Position numbers and translations under genes: made by a program. The notes beneath the pieces are model-generated. The model had not been told where the DNA came from, did no database searches, and saw only the letters and a program-made list of their open reading frames with translations. DNA of 63,769 nt, the filler included, from Octopus bimaculoides (lineage: Eukaryota): the NCBI RefSeq assembly GCF_001194135.2. It is 5 parts of 5 records of this genome, joined end to end, with 100 filler letters (N's around TTAATTAATTAA, not from the genome) between each part and the next. Parts side by side here need not be neighbours in the genome. Positions count along the whole stretch, not along the records: positions 20,550 to 36,484 come from NC_068982.1; positions 36,585 to 50,414 come from NC_068985.1; 3 more parts are not named here. The stretch is one strand, 5' to 3'. This document shows, in pieces, positions 28,197 through 40,243 of this stretch. Each line of letters starts with the position of its first letter. Within the stretch, counting starts at the first letter, position 1.

Positions 28197-28232
28197 GATG
28201 ATATTTCGGAATTAGAATTCCTTCTTCAGATC
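28197..28232 (-). ncRNA. Minimal type I hammerhead ribozyme motif (PLE-type)
   Basis: GAU-CUGAAGA-A-GGAAU-UCUA-AUUCC-GAAA-UAUC-AUC: intact core, 5-bp stem II, 3-bp stem I, palindromic AUAU in place of stem III, AUC cleavage triplet. Confidence 0.7.
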
Positions 28233-29700
28233 TTAATTTGCAGGAGTCTCTGCTATAAATTGTTTACCAACGGTTTTTCTTTTTTTCTGAAGCGTCTACC
28301 ATTTACCATTGTATTGGAATAGGTTTAAGGATGATGATCTAATAGTTACATTAATCTGTGCAGTTTGTGTTACATCTGGTACATGAATATACATTCATAC
28401 ATACNNNNNNNNNNATATATATATACAGGCTCAATGGACTCTTTGTTTGAATATATATCGGGAGAATCATATGCATACAGTCTCTGTGGATGCAGCTTTA
28501 CTTCGTCTGCGCCTACTTGTAGATACATCAAAGAATTTCAGACAATCTTAATATTAGAAAGCCTTGTCGCTTGCAGCATTATTAAAGCAAATTCACACGA
28601 AGAAATAGCTAACAGATAATTTTATTGATACTCTGGTAATTATCTGCTGCATCAAAAATATAAACACTTCTGCTGCAGAAACATATTCTTTGTGAAGAAT
28701 GTGCCAGTCTATATGAAATAAACCTGCAAGCAATACTCTTTACAATTACTACTAATGACATATATATATACACTATATACAGTCATAAATCAGCAACCGC
28801 ACGTGAGTTTAGCGACCAATTTTGAGTTATTGTTCTTTTCCTGTCACAGATTGCAACTAAAATCTCTCACAAGTCGCAACCTGTATTATTGAGAATAAAC
28901 CACATGTATATCCAAAATACTATGGTTGTAAAAATACTACTCCTTTAAAAAAAAGAAATTGACAGACTGTTCATGTCTTGAAAAAGGACTCCACTTTACC
29001 TCCATGAGGTATGTAACCCAAAATAGAAAAAAAATATATGGATTTATACAAATAAATACAAATATATCTCAGACGTAAAAAATGTTATATCTTAGACAAA
29101 ATTTATAACAAAATAAAATATTTTAATCTACAACAGTCACTCACAAATTCAGAAATTTATTGGCAGCGATGAAAGTAACAAAATATGAACTGACATACAC
29201 GCGCGCGCGTATAATGTTTTCGTAAAACTAAAATCTATATCATAAGAATAACGGCAACGCAAAGAACATAAGTATGCAAATAAGACAAATAAGGAAACAG
29301 GAACGAAAATAATAGGTCATTGCAAGAAGAAAAATTATACATACTTAAACAATAGATCATATGGAAATACATCTCGCATGCAGTAAAATCCTGAAAGGAA
29401 GTATAGATCCGCTTACATTGTAGAGTTGAACAATTATGTTGTACCACTGAAAACAGACGTTAAGTAGCCTATCCATTTTTGTAAAGAGGACCAAATTACC
29501 CTCAAATACCACAACTGTATTATAAATAGAAGGGCATTCAATAATTTTTTCCCAGAATAAATATGTGAAGAAAAAAGCTGATGCATTTTTTCTTTTCTAC
29601 TCTAGGCCTTGTGTAGAATTACGCCGTCTCACATAAAAATAAGAACTATCTAATGGATAATATAGCAATATTTCGACTAGACATTATTTTCAAAACTTCA

Positions 29701-30129
29701 AGGCGGCGAGCTAGCAGAAACGATAGAACGCCGGGCGAAATGCTTAGCGGTATTTCGTCTGCTGTTACGTTCTGAGTTCAAATTCCGCCGAGGTCGACTT
29801 CGCCTTTCATCCTTTCGCGGTAGATTAAATAAGTACCAGTTAGGCACTGGGGTCGATATAATCGCCTTAATCTGTTTGTCTGTCCTTATTTATCCCGTCT
29901 GTGTGTAGCCCCTTGTGGACAGTAAAGAAATTTTTAAAAAACATTAGCACGCCGGGCGAAATGCTTAGCGGTATTCCGTCTGTCTTTAGTTTCTGATTTG
30001 AAATTCCGCTGAGGTCGACTTTTCCTTTCATCATTTCGTGGTCGATTAAATAAGTACCAGTCGCCACTGGGGTCCATCTAATCGACCGCCCCACTCCCCC
30101 AAGATTTCGGGCCGTTCCTAGTGTAGAAA
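29701..30129 (+). mobile_element. Two family A SINE units head-to-tail within a single 20-bp TSD
   Basis: acattattttcaaaacttca at 29681-29700 and 30130-30149; the second unit starts at ~29941 without the head and has a different tail. Confidence 0.85.
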
Positions 30130-30699
30130 ACATTATTTTCAAAACTTCACGTGAACATACACAGATCAAACAGCTAATTCACAAACATTGCAGTAGTGAC
30201 GGCACATAACGTGAGAATTTGAAAATGTGCACTTTCATTGAGACATTATGTAGAAAGATAAATTCCGAAGATCATACCAAAATATTAAGCTTGAGTATTA
30301 CAGTAACATTATGTTATATGCATCAAAAGTGCTCTTATAAGGATTGAGATGAGATTCCCCAACCAATCTACCAAGTAATTATATTTATATAAAACGAAAA
30401 TACAAATGAAAATAACGATGTAAAATATGGGAAAACATATATGAAATACACATTTCTATAAGTCCTTATCTATAGATCAGGAATAATCATGCGCCTACCT
30501 TAAGAAGTGATAATATTCAGATAATAAAGACTTCAATTTTTGGCTAAAATGCTAAAACATTATACAGGAAAAAAATCAAGCAGCTGGTTACCACAGGAAT
30601 GATTATATATATATTCCGAAATACAAAAGCCACTACAGACAATAACCAGCAATATGCAACTAATATATAAAAACCTCACATACGTCCCTGCAGTTAGCA

Positions 30700-32050
30700 C
30701 CTCTTCTGGTAAATACAATTGTATACGAGAAACAAAATGACAACCAAAACAGTTCTAAAGGGTTATTTTGGTGAATTGAACCATATTTAAACAACGCAAT
30801 TTGAGCAACAAAATTACCAATATGTTTTGGATTCTGAAAGTATGTTGCTTTAATCTCTATAACGCTTTGATGTTGGAATCACGCGTGTAAATACAAAACT
30901 GCCAGAATACAAAGAAGAGCACTCGCATAAAATTTGGAAAGAAATAATGCAAGATAAAAAAAAATATGCTAAAAGCAGTCTCATCTCAATGTTAAAAAAG
31001 GTTTCAGGTAAACTATCTATTTCCAATACACGTTTAAGTAGATCCAACTACGTTAACAAATTCGCACGAAGGAATAACTGAACGTAAAAATAATGGGCAA
31101 TGGTAAAAACTCTTCTCTGTGATTTGAAACTAAATTCCTTAGAATATAACCAACCGATACGAATTACGTATCAGGTTATCATCCATGACCTTCAGTACAA
31201 GCTTAAAAAGACACATGAAGCTGCTACAAAAAGAAGGAAATTACTTTAGAAATAGAATTAGACTTATACATTGAAAGTAGAAAATTCGGGCCTAAGTATA
31301 TAGAAGTAGATAAACTTGCTAAAGAAAAACCCATGTATTGGAAGGCGAAAACTGGAAATATTGAAGTGTCAGATTAATATTTAAAAAAACAACGCAGTCA
31401 ATGCCAAAAATAGTGTAGCTATAAATATATAAACTGTGGAAGTTGTAAGAACTGGGAAGTTAAATGATTCAAAGATCTTAGGATAACCATCAAACTATTC
31501 ACTGTATCCAAACCGACCAGCTTAAAACTGATATAACATAGCCGTAACATTCTTACAGAGAAGCAGGAACTTGAAAGAAATATAAAAAAAAATATTGCTA
31601 GGTAATAACAGAGGAATATCAAAAAATAACTACAAACAAGAAAGAGACATTGATTAATATAATTGTGCAAATAAACAAATAACAAGTAGAAATGTTTCAC
31701 TGTATGTTACATAGAGTAAATTAGAAACTAAAGGTGAAAATATACTGAGAAAAATCGACGTGATAAGGAATCAAAAACAGAAGTAAAGCTCAGAAAAATG
31801 ATAAAAATCATAAACTATCTCCAAAATATAGCACACGAAAACAAATTGAGAGTGATATCTCTCTTGATCTGTATTCTGCAAACTGGAGGGTGATGAAGTA
31901 AAGAAATAAGAAAATCAACGATTGCTAAAATGCTTTGAACTAGAGGAAATTACAGAAACTCTGATTGCAGCACAACCAATTATTCCAGGCAGTTATACAA
32001 AGACGCAATCGAGGTTACAGGTATTTGTAAGGAAGAAGTAAATATAATTA
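30700..32050 (+). mobile_element. Highly decayed non-LTR retrotransposon, possibly R4/Dong-like
   Basis: A-rich strand with ghost motifs such as EEITETLIAAQ (cf. R4/Dong ETE..I.AAQ); no long ORF. Confidence 0.35.
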
Positions 32051-32158
32051 ACAGAGACATCATGTGTGCCCGCATGTGTGTGTGTCTGGGTGTGTAAGTG
32101 TGCGTATATGTGTTGGTGCATATACATGTGTATGCCCCACAAATTTTATGTATATCTG

Positions 32159-32195
<37 letters not shown>

Positions 32196-32233
32196 TTATT
32201 TATCTATCTATCTATCCCTCCCCCTCTTTGTGT

Positions 32234-32273
<40 letters not shown>

Positions 32274-33297
32274 NNNNNNNNNNNNNNNNNNNNNNNNNNN
32301 NNNNNNNNNNNNNNNNNNNNNNNNNNNNNNNNNNNNNNNNNNNNNNNNNNNNNNNNNNNNNNNNNNNNNNNNNNNNNNNNNNNNNNNNNNNNNNNNNNNN
32401 NNNNNNNNNNNNNNNNNNNNNNNNNNNNNNNNNNNNNNNNNNNNNNNNNNNNNNNNNNNNTATATATATACATATATATATATGTGTGTGTGTGTGTCTT
32501 ATATGTGCAAAAGAAAGCATGTAGTTAGATATAATAAATTCCAAATAGTTTTCATCTTCTGGAAAATACACATAGAATGAGTGCATGAAAATTGTGGCTC
32601 AAATCTTGCACTAAACTATTTTCTCAGCTATGATAATATTCTCTACTCTGAAATATGCTGGTATATGTGTTCACGCAGACTGAGAATTAGAAGGAAACCA
32701 TCAAAGAATATTGTCAAATAGGATTAGGATATGATGTATTTTGCTCAGCCTAAGGAAAGACCAGCAAAGAAACATATGAAAATATGTACACAATGACATT
32801 AATTGCTAGTAACATGTTTATAGTTAAAGTAAAAATGGCGATAAAACGTGACAAAAACAAAAAGCAGTCATAATTGATTTACATATATTTAATATACCGA
32901 AATACTATTCACTATATTAGGATGAATAATCACGGTACAGTGAAAGAAAGAAAAAAAAAGATAACTCACTCAATGTACCGAAAACACTACGAGCATGACT
33001 TGAGTTTACGATGGAAAAGCGAAATAGCAAGTGTATAGGTACGATATGAATCCGCATACCTCTTTCTACCTATTGCAGGAAAAGCTATAATAAGCAGCCA
33101 TATATCCCTCAACTGATCTTCCATTTTCTTAAAAAAGAGATTATACAGTAAATAGTATATTTCTTATTTCGATTAGAAGTGTGGTATGATTACAATAACG
33201 ATATTTTAAGTAGTCACATTGCCTTGTGTTTCTGGGAAAAGATGTAATTGAATTAATCGGTAATAAAATCCCGAAAGGAAAGAAATCAAAAAAATAA

Positions 33298-33678
33298 AAA
33301 CTTCTACCATCTATTTTCCTGGATCAATTGGTTTCTGACTTTAGTTTAGCAAATAAGATAATTAACTAGGTGAAGTCGTTATCAACAGGTACACCTTAGA
33401 TTAAAATATATAAACACGAGGCAATCAATTATATGCCTCACGTTTATATATCCTAATTTTTCAAATCCATTGCGCAGGTGCAGCTCCTCGACGGGAATTT
33501 AAAAAATGCCAACTTATAAAATTCAAAAATTATCCAAAAACATATAACTGATTGCCTCGAGCTTATTTATTTTAATCTAAGGTGTACTTTTTGATAACGA
33601 CTTCACCTAGTAAATTATCTAAGTTGCTAAACTAAAGTCAGAAACCAATTGGTCCAGGAAAATAGTTGGTAAAAGTTT
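33298..33678. mobile_element. Foldback/MITE with ~138-bp inverted arms and ~105-bp spacer
   Basis: Arms 33298-33435 and 33541-33678 are near-complementary, e.g. ggtttctgactttagtttagc / gctaaactaaagtcagaaacc and ctaggtgaagtcgttatcaa / ttgataacgacttcacctag. Confidence 0.85.
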
Positions 33679-35299
33679 ATATTTTTTCATTTCGTTCCTT
33701 TCGGGCTTTTATCACTAATTTTGTGGTTCTAGAATCCAGCTGTTCTTTCTNNNNNNNNNNNNNNNNNNNNNNNNNNNNNNNNNNNNNNNNNNNNNNNNNN
33801 NNNNNNNNNNNNNNNNNNNNNNNNNNNNNNNNNNNNNNNNNNNNNNNNNNNNNNNNNNNNNNNNNNNNNNNNNNNNNNNNNNNNNNNNNNNNNNNNNNNN
33901 NNNNNNNNNNNNNNNNNNATATATATATATATACAGAATAACGAGAATGTCACGCTTGCAATGCTCTTGATGATTGGTCTCTTAATCAAGTCAATAAATG
34001 GAAGTATCAAACGACTTTTGTGATATAATAATGGGAACAACTATGAAACGATAGAATCGACAAAGCACGTTAAGAAACCTTGCCATGTTTCGTCGCGTGT
34101 CTTTAGGCTCACGCTAGAAATTACTGTAAGATTGTCTTTCGGCTTGAAGATTCTTGAGTCAAGAAACACAGTAATGATCGACTTCCTTACGATACGTCTC
34201 GTAGGTTTTCAGTCTTGAGATTTAGCTAGACTTCTGTATGTTGAATAAAGCTTTTGAAATAAACTATACATTTTCCAATTGCTTGAGTCAGAGTAAATGG
34301 AAAATAGAAATGTGCGGAAGTTCAGAATTAGTAATATCAATCATTTTTGTGACAAAATCTATGAATATCTTTGCATGACGGATTGGAATTAAACACTAGG
34401 GTAACATAAACTATACTAGCGCGCGCGAGCGTGTGTGTGTGTGTATGCGTGTACCTGTTTATATATGTGCGTGATTGTTGAAAATATGGTCAAATTTGAT
34501 AAATTTCATTAAGCATTTTTTTATATTTTCCTAAGAGTACTGTATATTTTTCAATGTTTTAATTCAGAAATCCTTCAACAGTTTTCTTAGCATTCATAAT
34601 CACGTATTCAACATGAAGTCATATTGGCTTATGCGAAAGCTTTCAGATAACATGCAAGGCCAAGGCATGTATTTGAATTGTTAGCTATTTCATTCCTACA
34701 TGATTAAACGGGTGACTATTTCGGTTTCTAGTTATTGAACTTTATTTGTATTGGTATATGTTTATTGTAGAGCGATAGACGTTTATTTTCATATTATGCT
34801 GTGTTATGCTTGAAACAAATATTCAGTATTCTGTAATTTAGTATGAGATGTTATATTATATGTGCATTATTTTGTTATGCTGTCAGATCATTTCAGTGGG
34901 CTCTAGTGAGTATTACTGGTAACATGGAATCCCGTAAAATTTGTTGCATGGTCGGCTCGTCGTCGGCTCAACAGGTTCCACCACTAGGCTTGCTTGGTGA
35001 GGAAGGTTGCTAAAATCCTAGTAGAACTAAATACTAAGCATATCAAATTACGTGTTAAATAGTATTTCGTTGTATTCTTGGGAGGTGGTTATGTCTACAA
35101 GTGACAGTCACATAGTTTTATTTCACTTTTAAGACAGAATAATAGTAGCAAAAGCATATCATTCATGAGGTTGCAGCTAGCAGAGAAAGGACACTGACGA
35201 ATATAGGAAATATATTGATTCATATCGGTTGTTTGATGCTGAAATGGATATCTAGTTGACTAAGAAATATCGCCAACGCTTGTCTTTAATAATGACACA

Positions 35300-35850
35300 C
35301 TCAAGATTGAAGAATATGCGGAGTGGGGTCGTTGTTGTGTGTTTGTAGAGAATAAATATATTAAAATTTGACCATAATTTCTTCAGCTTAAATGGCTCTT
35401 ACGTGAGTAATATTTCCGTAGTTAACGATTTACAAATCCTTGGAGATTATTTGAAGCGCAAAATCTATTCTAAAACGGAAACTGAACCCAAATACTTGGA
35501 GCAAATTGTAATTCACCGAAGTGTAATTCAAAAACAGCGTGGAGCTACGAAATTATTTTAAGCCGAGAGATGAGTTAAGATTAGTATTTTCTAAGAGAAA
35601 TACAAAGTCTGATCTACTTCCACTCAATTTCCGTCTCTTGACCTTCTCTTATAAATTTTTAGTTGTGATGTAGGGTTGAACGGAAAAGTCGTTGATGCGG
35701 ATCGAAAGAATTAACCAAATAGCCATGACAGCATCAGTGATGCTATTCAAAAATAAACATTATTACTTGAAAATATCACCCGGTGTGTCATCCGTTATCA
35801 GTTTTCAATGCCTAGTTCAAAGCATTTGTCAATTTGTAAATGCAGTTAAT
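35300..35850 (+). mobile_element. Possible very old Tc1/mariner transposase remnant
   Basis: Faint QxxGATx and PxxxDL-like fragments with many stops; weak. Confidence 0.25.
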
Positions 35851-36274
35851 GGATATTGAAAACACACGAATATCTTAAGGCATTATATGATCTTACACTT
35901 TAAGTATATGACCTTGTTCATAATCAAAAGAAATATGAGTGCACGAAAGTTAAAGAATCTTCAGAACTATGATATCATATGGCCTATGTAAATAGATTCA
36001 GTATCGCACCAAACACAAAGGTACATGCTCAAACACATGCAACTACGCACACAAGCATAGACACGCGTAAGTAAACAGAAAAAATTCAAATACATGGATG
36101 TACATAGAGATAAAAACACACTCGATAATAACACATATACAGCGATATGCACAAATGCATGAGTGTACGTGTGTGTGTGTGTGTGTGAGTGTGTGTGTGT
36201 GAGTGTGTGTGTGTATGCAATATGTCCCGATTTCTCTCTCTATATATATACACATACATGCATACATACATGTG

Positions 36275-36311
<37 letters not shown>

Positions 36312-36484
36312 ATATTATTAGGGACAAAATCCAAAATTACAGGTAAAAAACTCAATTAAAATCAATTTATAAAAAATTAAATTGAGCCTTATAGATAAAG
36401 TATATATAAAATATATATAGTTTTAGGGAAAATAACCAATTTTCAAGAACTCATCGATGAAAATCCACTATCACATATAGAAAA

Positions 36485-36584
36485 NNNNNNNNNNNNNNNN
36501 NNNNNNNNNNNNNNNNNNNNNNNNNNNNTTAATTAATTAANNNNNNNNNNNNNNNNNNNNNNNNNNNNNNNNNNNNNNNNNNNN
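36485..36584. other. Artificial scaffold-join spacer (N44-TTAATTAATTAA-N44)
   Basis: 12-mer at 36529-36540; total exactly 100 bp. Confidence 0.95.
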
Positions 36585-36954
36585 GTGTGCACAGTCTGTG
36601 ACAGACCATGTATGTCCTTGGCTGGCCTCAAATCTCACCTGCGAACCCATGGAAAACAAACCTCACCCAGCTATTCTGATTATATGTCTGTGCACACGTT
36701 TGAATGTGGTGTGTGCCAGAGGGTTTGCAAATCCAATGGGGGTCTTAAAAGACATGTTAGGATCCACAATGAGCAGAACTTACTTGCAGGTATTGGTGGT
36801 GCAAATCAGAGGTGCAATCTGTGTGGGTGTTTTTTCAAAACACTGTCTGGTTTAAAAAGCCACATCAGATGCCATGAAAGGGCTAAGGTGTAGGTGCAGG
36901 AGGTGGTCAAACTCTGTTTAAGGAGTAGACAACCACCATGTATGTATGTATGTA
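36585..36954 (+). mobile_element. 3' end of RTE-clade LINE encoding three C2H2 zinc fingers, with short 3'UTR and (ATGT)n tail
   Basis: Three CX2CX12HX3H motifs of the CxxCxRxCxSxxGLxSHxRxH type seen at RTE C-termini; no TGEKP linkers; stop at 36891-36893, ~45-nt UTR, tail from 36938. The 5' side is cut by the spacer. Confidence 0.75.
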
Positions 36955-36959
36955 TTCTA

Positions 36960-37170
36960 TAATTTGTTTCAGTCATTTGGCTGCGGCTATACTGGAGCAC
37001 CGCCTTAAAGGCTTTTAGTCGAAGAAATCGACCCCAGGACTTATTCTTTGTAAGAATAGTACTTATACAATCGGTCTCTTTAGCCGAACCGCCAAATTAC
37101 GGGGACATAAACACATCAGCATCAATTGTCAAGCGATGGCAGTGGGGGTGAAGACAGGCACACACACACA
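36960..37170. mobile_element. SINE (family D here)
   Basis: ttgtttcagtcatttggctgcggctatactggagcaccgcc...gccgaaccgcc motifs. Confidence 0.75.
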
Positions 37171-37189
37171 CATAAATATATACATTTAA

Positions 37190-38331
37190 CCCCCAAATAG
37201 GGTTTATTTTTCAACATAGTCTTTCTTGTAGTCTATACACTTCCTCCATCAGTGTTGCAGTGCTTAGATCCCATTGGTGAAGCAGCTTTCATCTTGGTCA
37301 AAAGAGTCATCAACATGACGTCATCATTACCGTCATACTGCTTCCCAGTGAAGTGTTTTTCATGTTGGGGCCAAATCAGGAGAATAGGGTGGGTAGTCAA
37401 CCAGTTCAAAGCCACAGTTGCACAAACCAGCCATTGAAACCAAGGACTTGTGTGCTGGGGCATTGTCATGATGAAACCAGACACCTTTCGTCGGTTTTCC
37501 TGGGTGTTTGGTCTTTTTAGCCTTTCGTAACTGCCTCAGCAAGTTGTCATAGTACTCTTCATTGATGGTGTGGCCCTGTCAATAAACACAATACCTTTTG
37601 CATCCAAAAAACTAAGGTCATCACCTTCCCTGCAGAAGACATGACTTTGGTCTTCTTGGGAGCAGGTGAGGAGGGTGTGTTTCCACTGTGTGGGTTGTCT
37701 CTTTGTTTCTGGCCCAAAGAAACGTTCAAGGAAACCAGCTGGATCTGCCTCAAACAATCGTCAGGTTTCCCCGTGATGTGATCAGCCTCGTGTGCTTTTG
37801 ATCAGCTGTCAGAAGACGTGGCACCACGAGCAGAAACCTTCATCATGCCAAGTTCATTGTGCAGAATATTCTCAACTCTCTCACAATATATGCATTGGCT
37901 ATTTGATTTATAGTCAATCGCCTGTCATCCATCACCATGTGGTGAACACAATCAATGTTTTCTAGATAGTGGCAGTTGCAGAACTGCAAGACCTTTGGTC
38001 ATCTTCAAGACTCTCCCTTCGCCTCCTAAATTCAGCTGCCCACTTTTGCACTGTTGATATAACTGGAGCGTCGTCCCCTAATGCAGCAACCTGTTAGTAT
38101 GAATGTCCTTGGGAGCTAAAGCCTTTTTCTGTGGGTATTTGATAACACCACGATGCTAAACTCTGTCCATTTTCAAGAAAAGTCTTCTTTGAACAGTCAG
38201 ATGTCAGTTTACCTGGCACGACACAATGCAGTTGTTAATAAGAAGAATTTGAAATTAATGCATGCAAGATTTCACGTTTCTAGCACCACTCTTTCATAGT
38301 CAGCTTATGAACTTTTCAGCCCACCCTCGTA
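37190..38331 (-). mobile_element. Mariner DNA transposon, degenerate, 3' TIR missing
   Basis: HHDNAPAH, PPYSPDLAP, SSAGKVM..VFW(D) and PETKRQ motifs across frameshifts; the 5' end reads tacgagggtgggctgaaaagttcataagctg from 38331. Confidence 0.9.
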
Positions 38332-38339
38332 ACACGAGT

Positions 38340-39620
38340 AACGTTGAACTTGTTGACAAAGCGGAATATTTTAAGAAAGAACTCTTGAAAACCCATTCTG
38401 CCAACAACAACTGCAGCAACAATAATAACACCGAGTTTGAAGTGAAACAAAGTACAAAATGTGTGAAGGCCAACAAAAACAACAGTGCCAGCAGCAGCAA
38501 AGCAACACCAATAACCACAATAACAACACATTTCAGGAGAAACAGGAGAAAGCTTTTAACAAAGAAAATGAAAGCATGTCTTCCACTACGAACAACAACA
38601 ACCACAGTGACCACACCAACAATAAATCCAACGCATCTGTCACCAAAATTACTGAACGTAGATGGTTGGCGCATTCCTTCAATAGAGATTTTGACAAAAT
38701 TTTCCGAAAATGCCTGGTAAAACCTAATCCTCTCGTTCTGCCACCAGGCGAAAAAGATCAGATCACGGAAAGAACTGTGATCTATCGTTGTGTTAATAAG
38801 AAGACCAGGTAGATCGAAAATTCAACTAGCAGAAAAATGCCTGAAGGATGTCTGGGTCAGGAGAGCGAAATATTTTGGATCTATCGTTGCTATAGGCCAT
38901 AACGAAGAGGAGACGAATGTGCCTCCGGAGCTTAACATCCAGTATTTCGAGATGCTATTAGAGGAGTATGGTGATATTTTAACTTTGAAATCCACCCTGA
39001 AAGAAAATTAGTCAGTAGGCTGTGCTGAAGTAGAAATGCTGTTGACAGCAGAAAACTTCCATAGGATCCCTGACATAATTTACTCGGAAGGTGTGAAACC
39101 CATAGGAGCTATGGTTGAGAGCAGAAAGACTTAAAGAAACTGAAACCACCCTTGTTGACAACTCAACAACCATATCTACAACAACCCCATGAGCAAGAGA
39201 GGATCCCTGCACCAAAACCTCGGCAGCGGAAAAGTTTCCCCCACCTCTTCTTCCACTGAAGAGCAACCCTTTCCTAAACTTTCCTAAACAAACAACAATG
39301 ACTCAAATTCCTCTTTCGACCAGCTTTATCCATCTCCCACTGATTCCTTGTGGTTGACTTGGAGAAGAAAGATCAGGCTGAAAGATGGCAAACAGTCTCC
39401 AAAGGGGTGAAGCGAAAAAGGAGGAGGATACAGAATCCTACTCTAGGAACTCATCAAAAACAACTACAAACACACAAGCCTCATCTTCAGCCTTTTTCAC
39501 AATCACTCTAGCAACAGCAACAACCGCAACATCAACAACCGCAACATCAACAACAACGGCAGCAACAAGAACAACATCAACAACAAAGAAACACAAACTC
39601 TACACCAAACAAAACTGAAA
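38340..39620 (+). mobile_element. L1/Tx1-like LINE ORF1 remnant (low-complexity N-terminus, frameshifted)
   Basis: ERTVIYRCVNKKT..KIQLAEKCLKDVW.R.KYFG...NVPPE...IPDII...MVESRK resembles ORF1-type proteins; multiple stops. The family assignment is from recall. Confidence 0.45.
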
Positions 39621-40011
39621 CTGTTAAAAGAAAATAATTCAAACAGTACACAAAATGTATTCATCAACTTTATTGTTGTGAACAAACTCAACAGTAATGT
39701 GATGGATTACCTGTTTGAAAATAAAGTAAAACCCAGACATAGGAGGTGGGAGGAATTTGATAATTTCATTTTCAAAACCCCGAGAAGACAGATTTTTAAT
39801 TAAAACGTCTTCTGACTTTTAGTGAACAATACGGGGAAAACACCTAACTAGTGTGGGGATTAGTAAGGGCATCGCGACCGACATGTTATCAGCGAGCATG
39901 GCCCTTCATCATTCCTTCTAAGTGAAACACGAAGGCTGCGTTGTCAGAGCTATGCTGGACCACTGAACTCAATACGTTTCTTCTTCATTCTCTCTCTATT
40001 TATTTCCTCAT

Positions 40012-40050
40012 TCCTTTCTGTCGAAGAGCGTATGCTCGAAACATAAAGGA
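40012..40050 (+). ncRNA. Variant or decayed PLE-type hammerhead motif
   Basis: CCUUU-CUGUCGA-A-GAGC-GUAU-GCUC-GAAA-CAUA-AAGG: perfect 4-bp stem II and a stem I, but A6 is U and ACGU reads ACAU. Confidence 0.5.
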
Positions 40051-40138
40051 CTTTTCCATTTTTCCCGAACATCAAACTAATACACTTGCTTGTTGTTCCT
40101 ACACCTATCTTCGTTTTTCTTTTTCTATAAATTTGAAT

Positions 40139-40220
<82 letters not shown>

Positions 40221-40243
40221 TACATACATGCATATATATATGG

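Noticed and set aside
35194-35216. CTGACGA-ATATAG-GAAA motif (similar case at ~1456)
   Set aside because: No helix between the core boxes; expected by chance.
36585-36893. Interpretation as a host C2H2 transcription-factor gene
   Set aside because: Finger type, lack of TGEKP linkers and the repeat tail fit a LINE C-terminus better.
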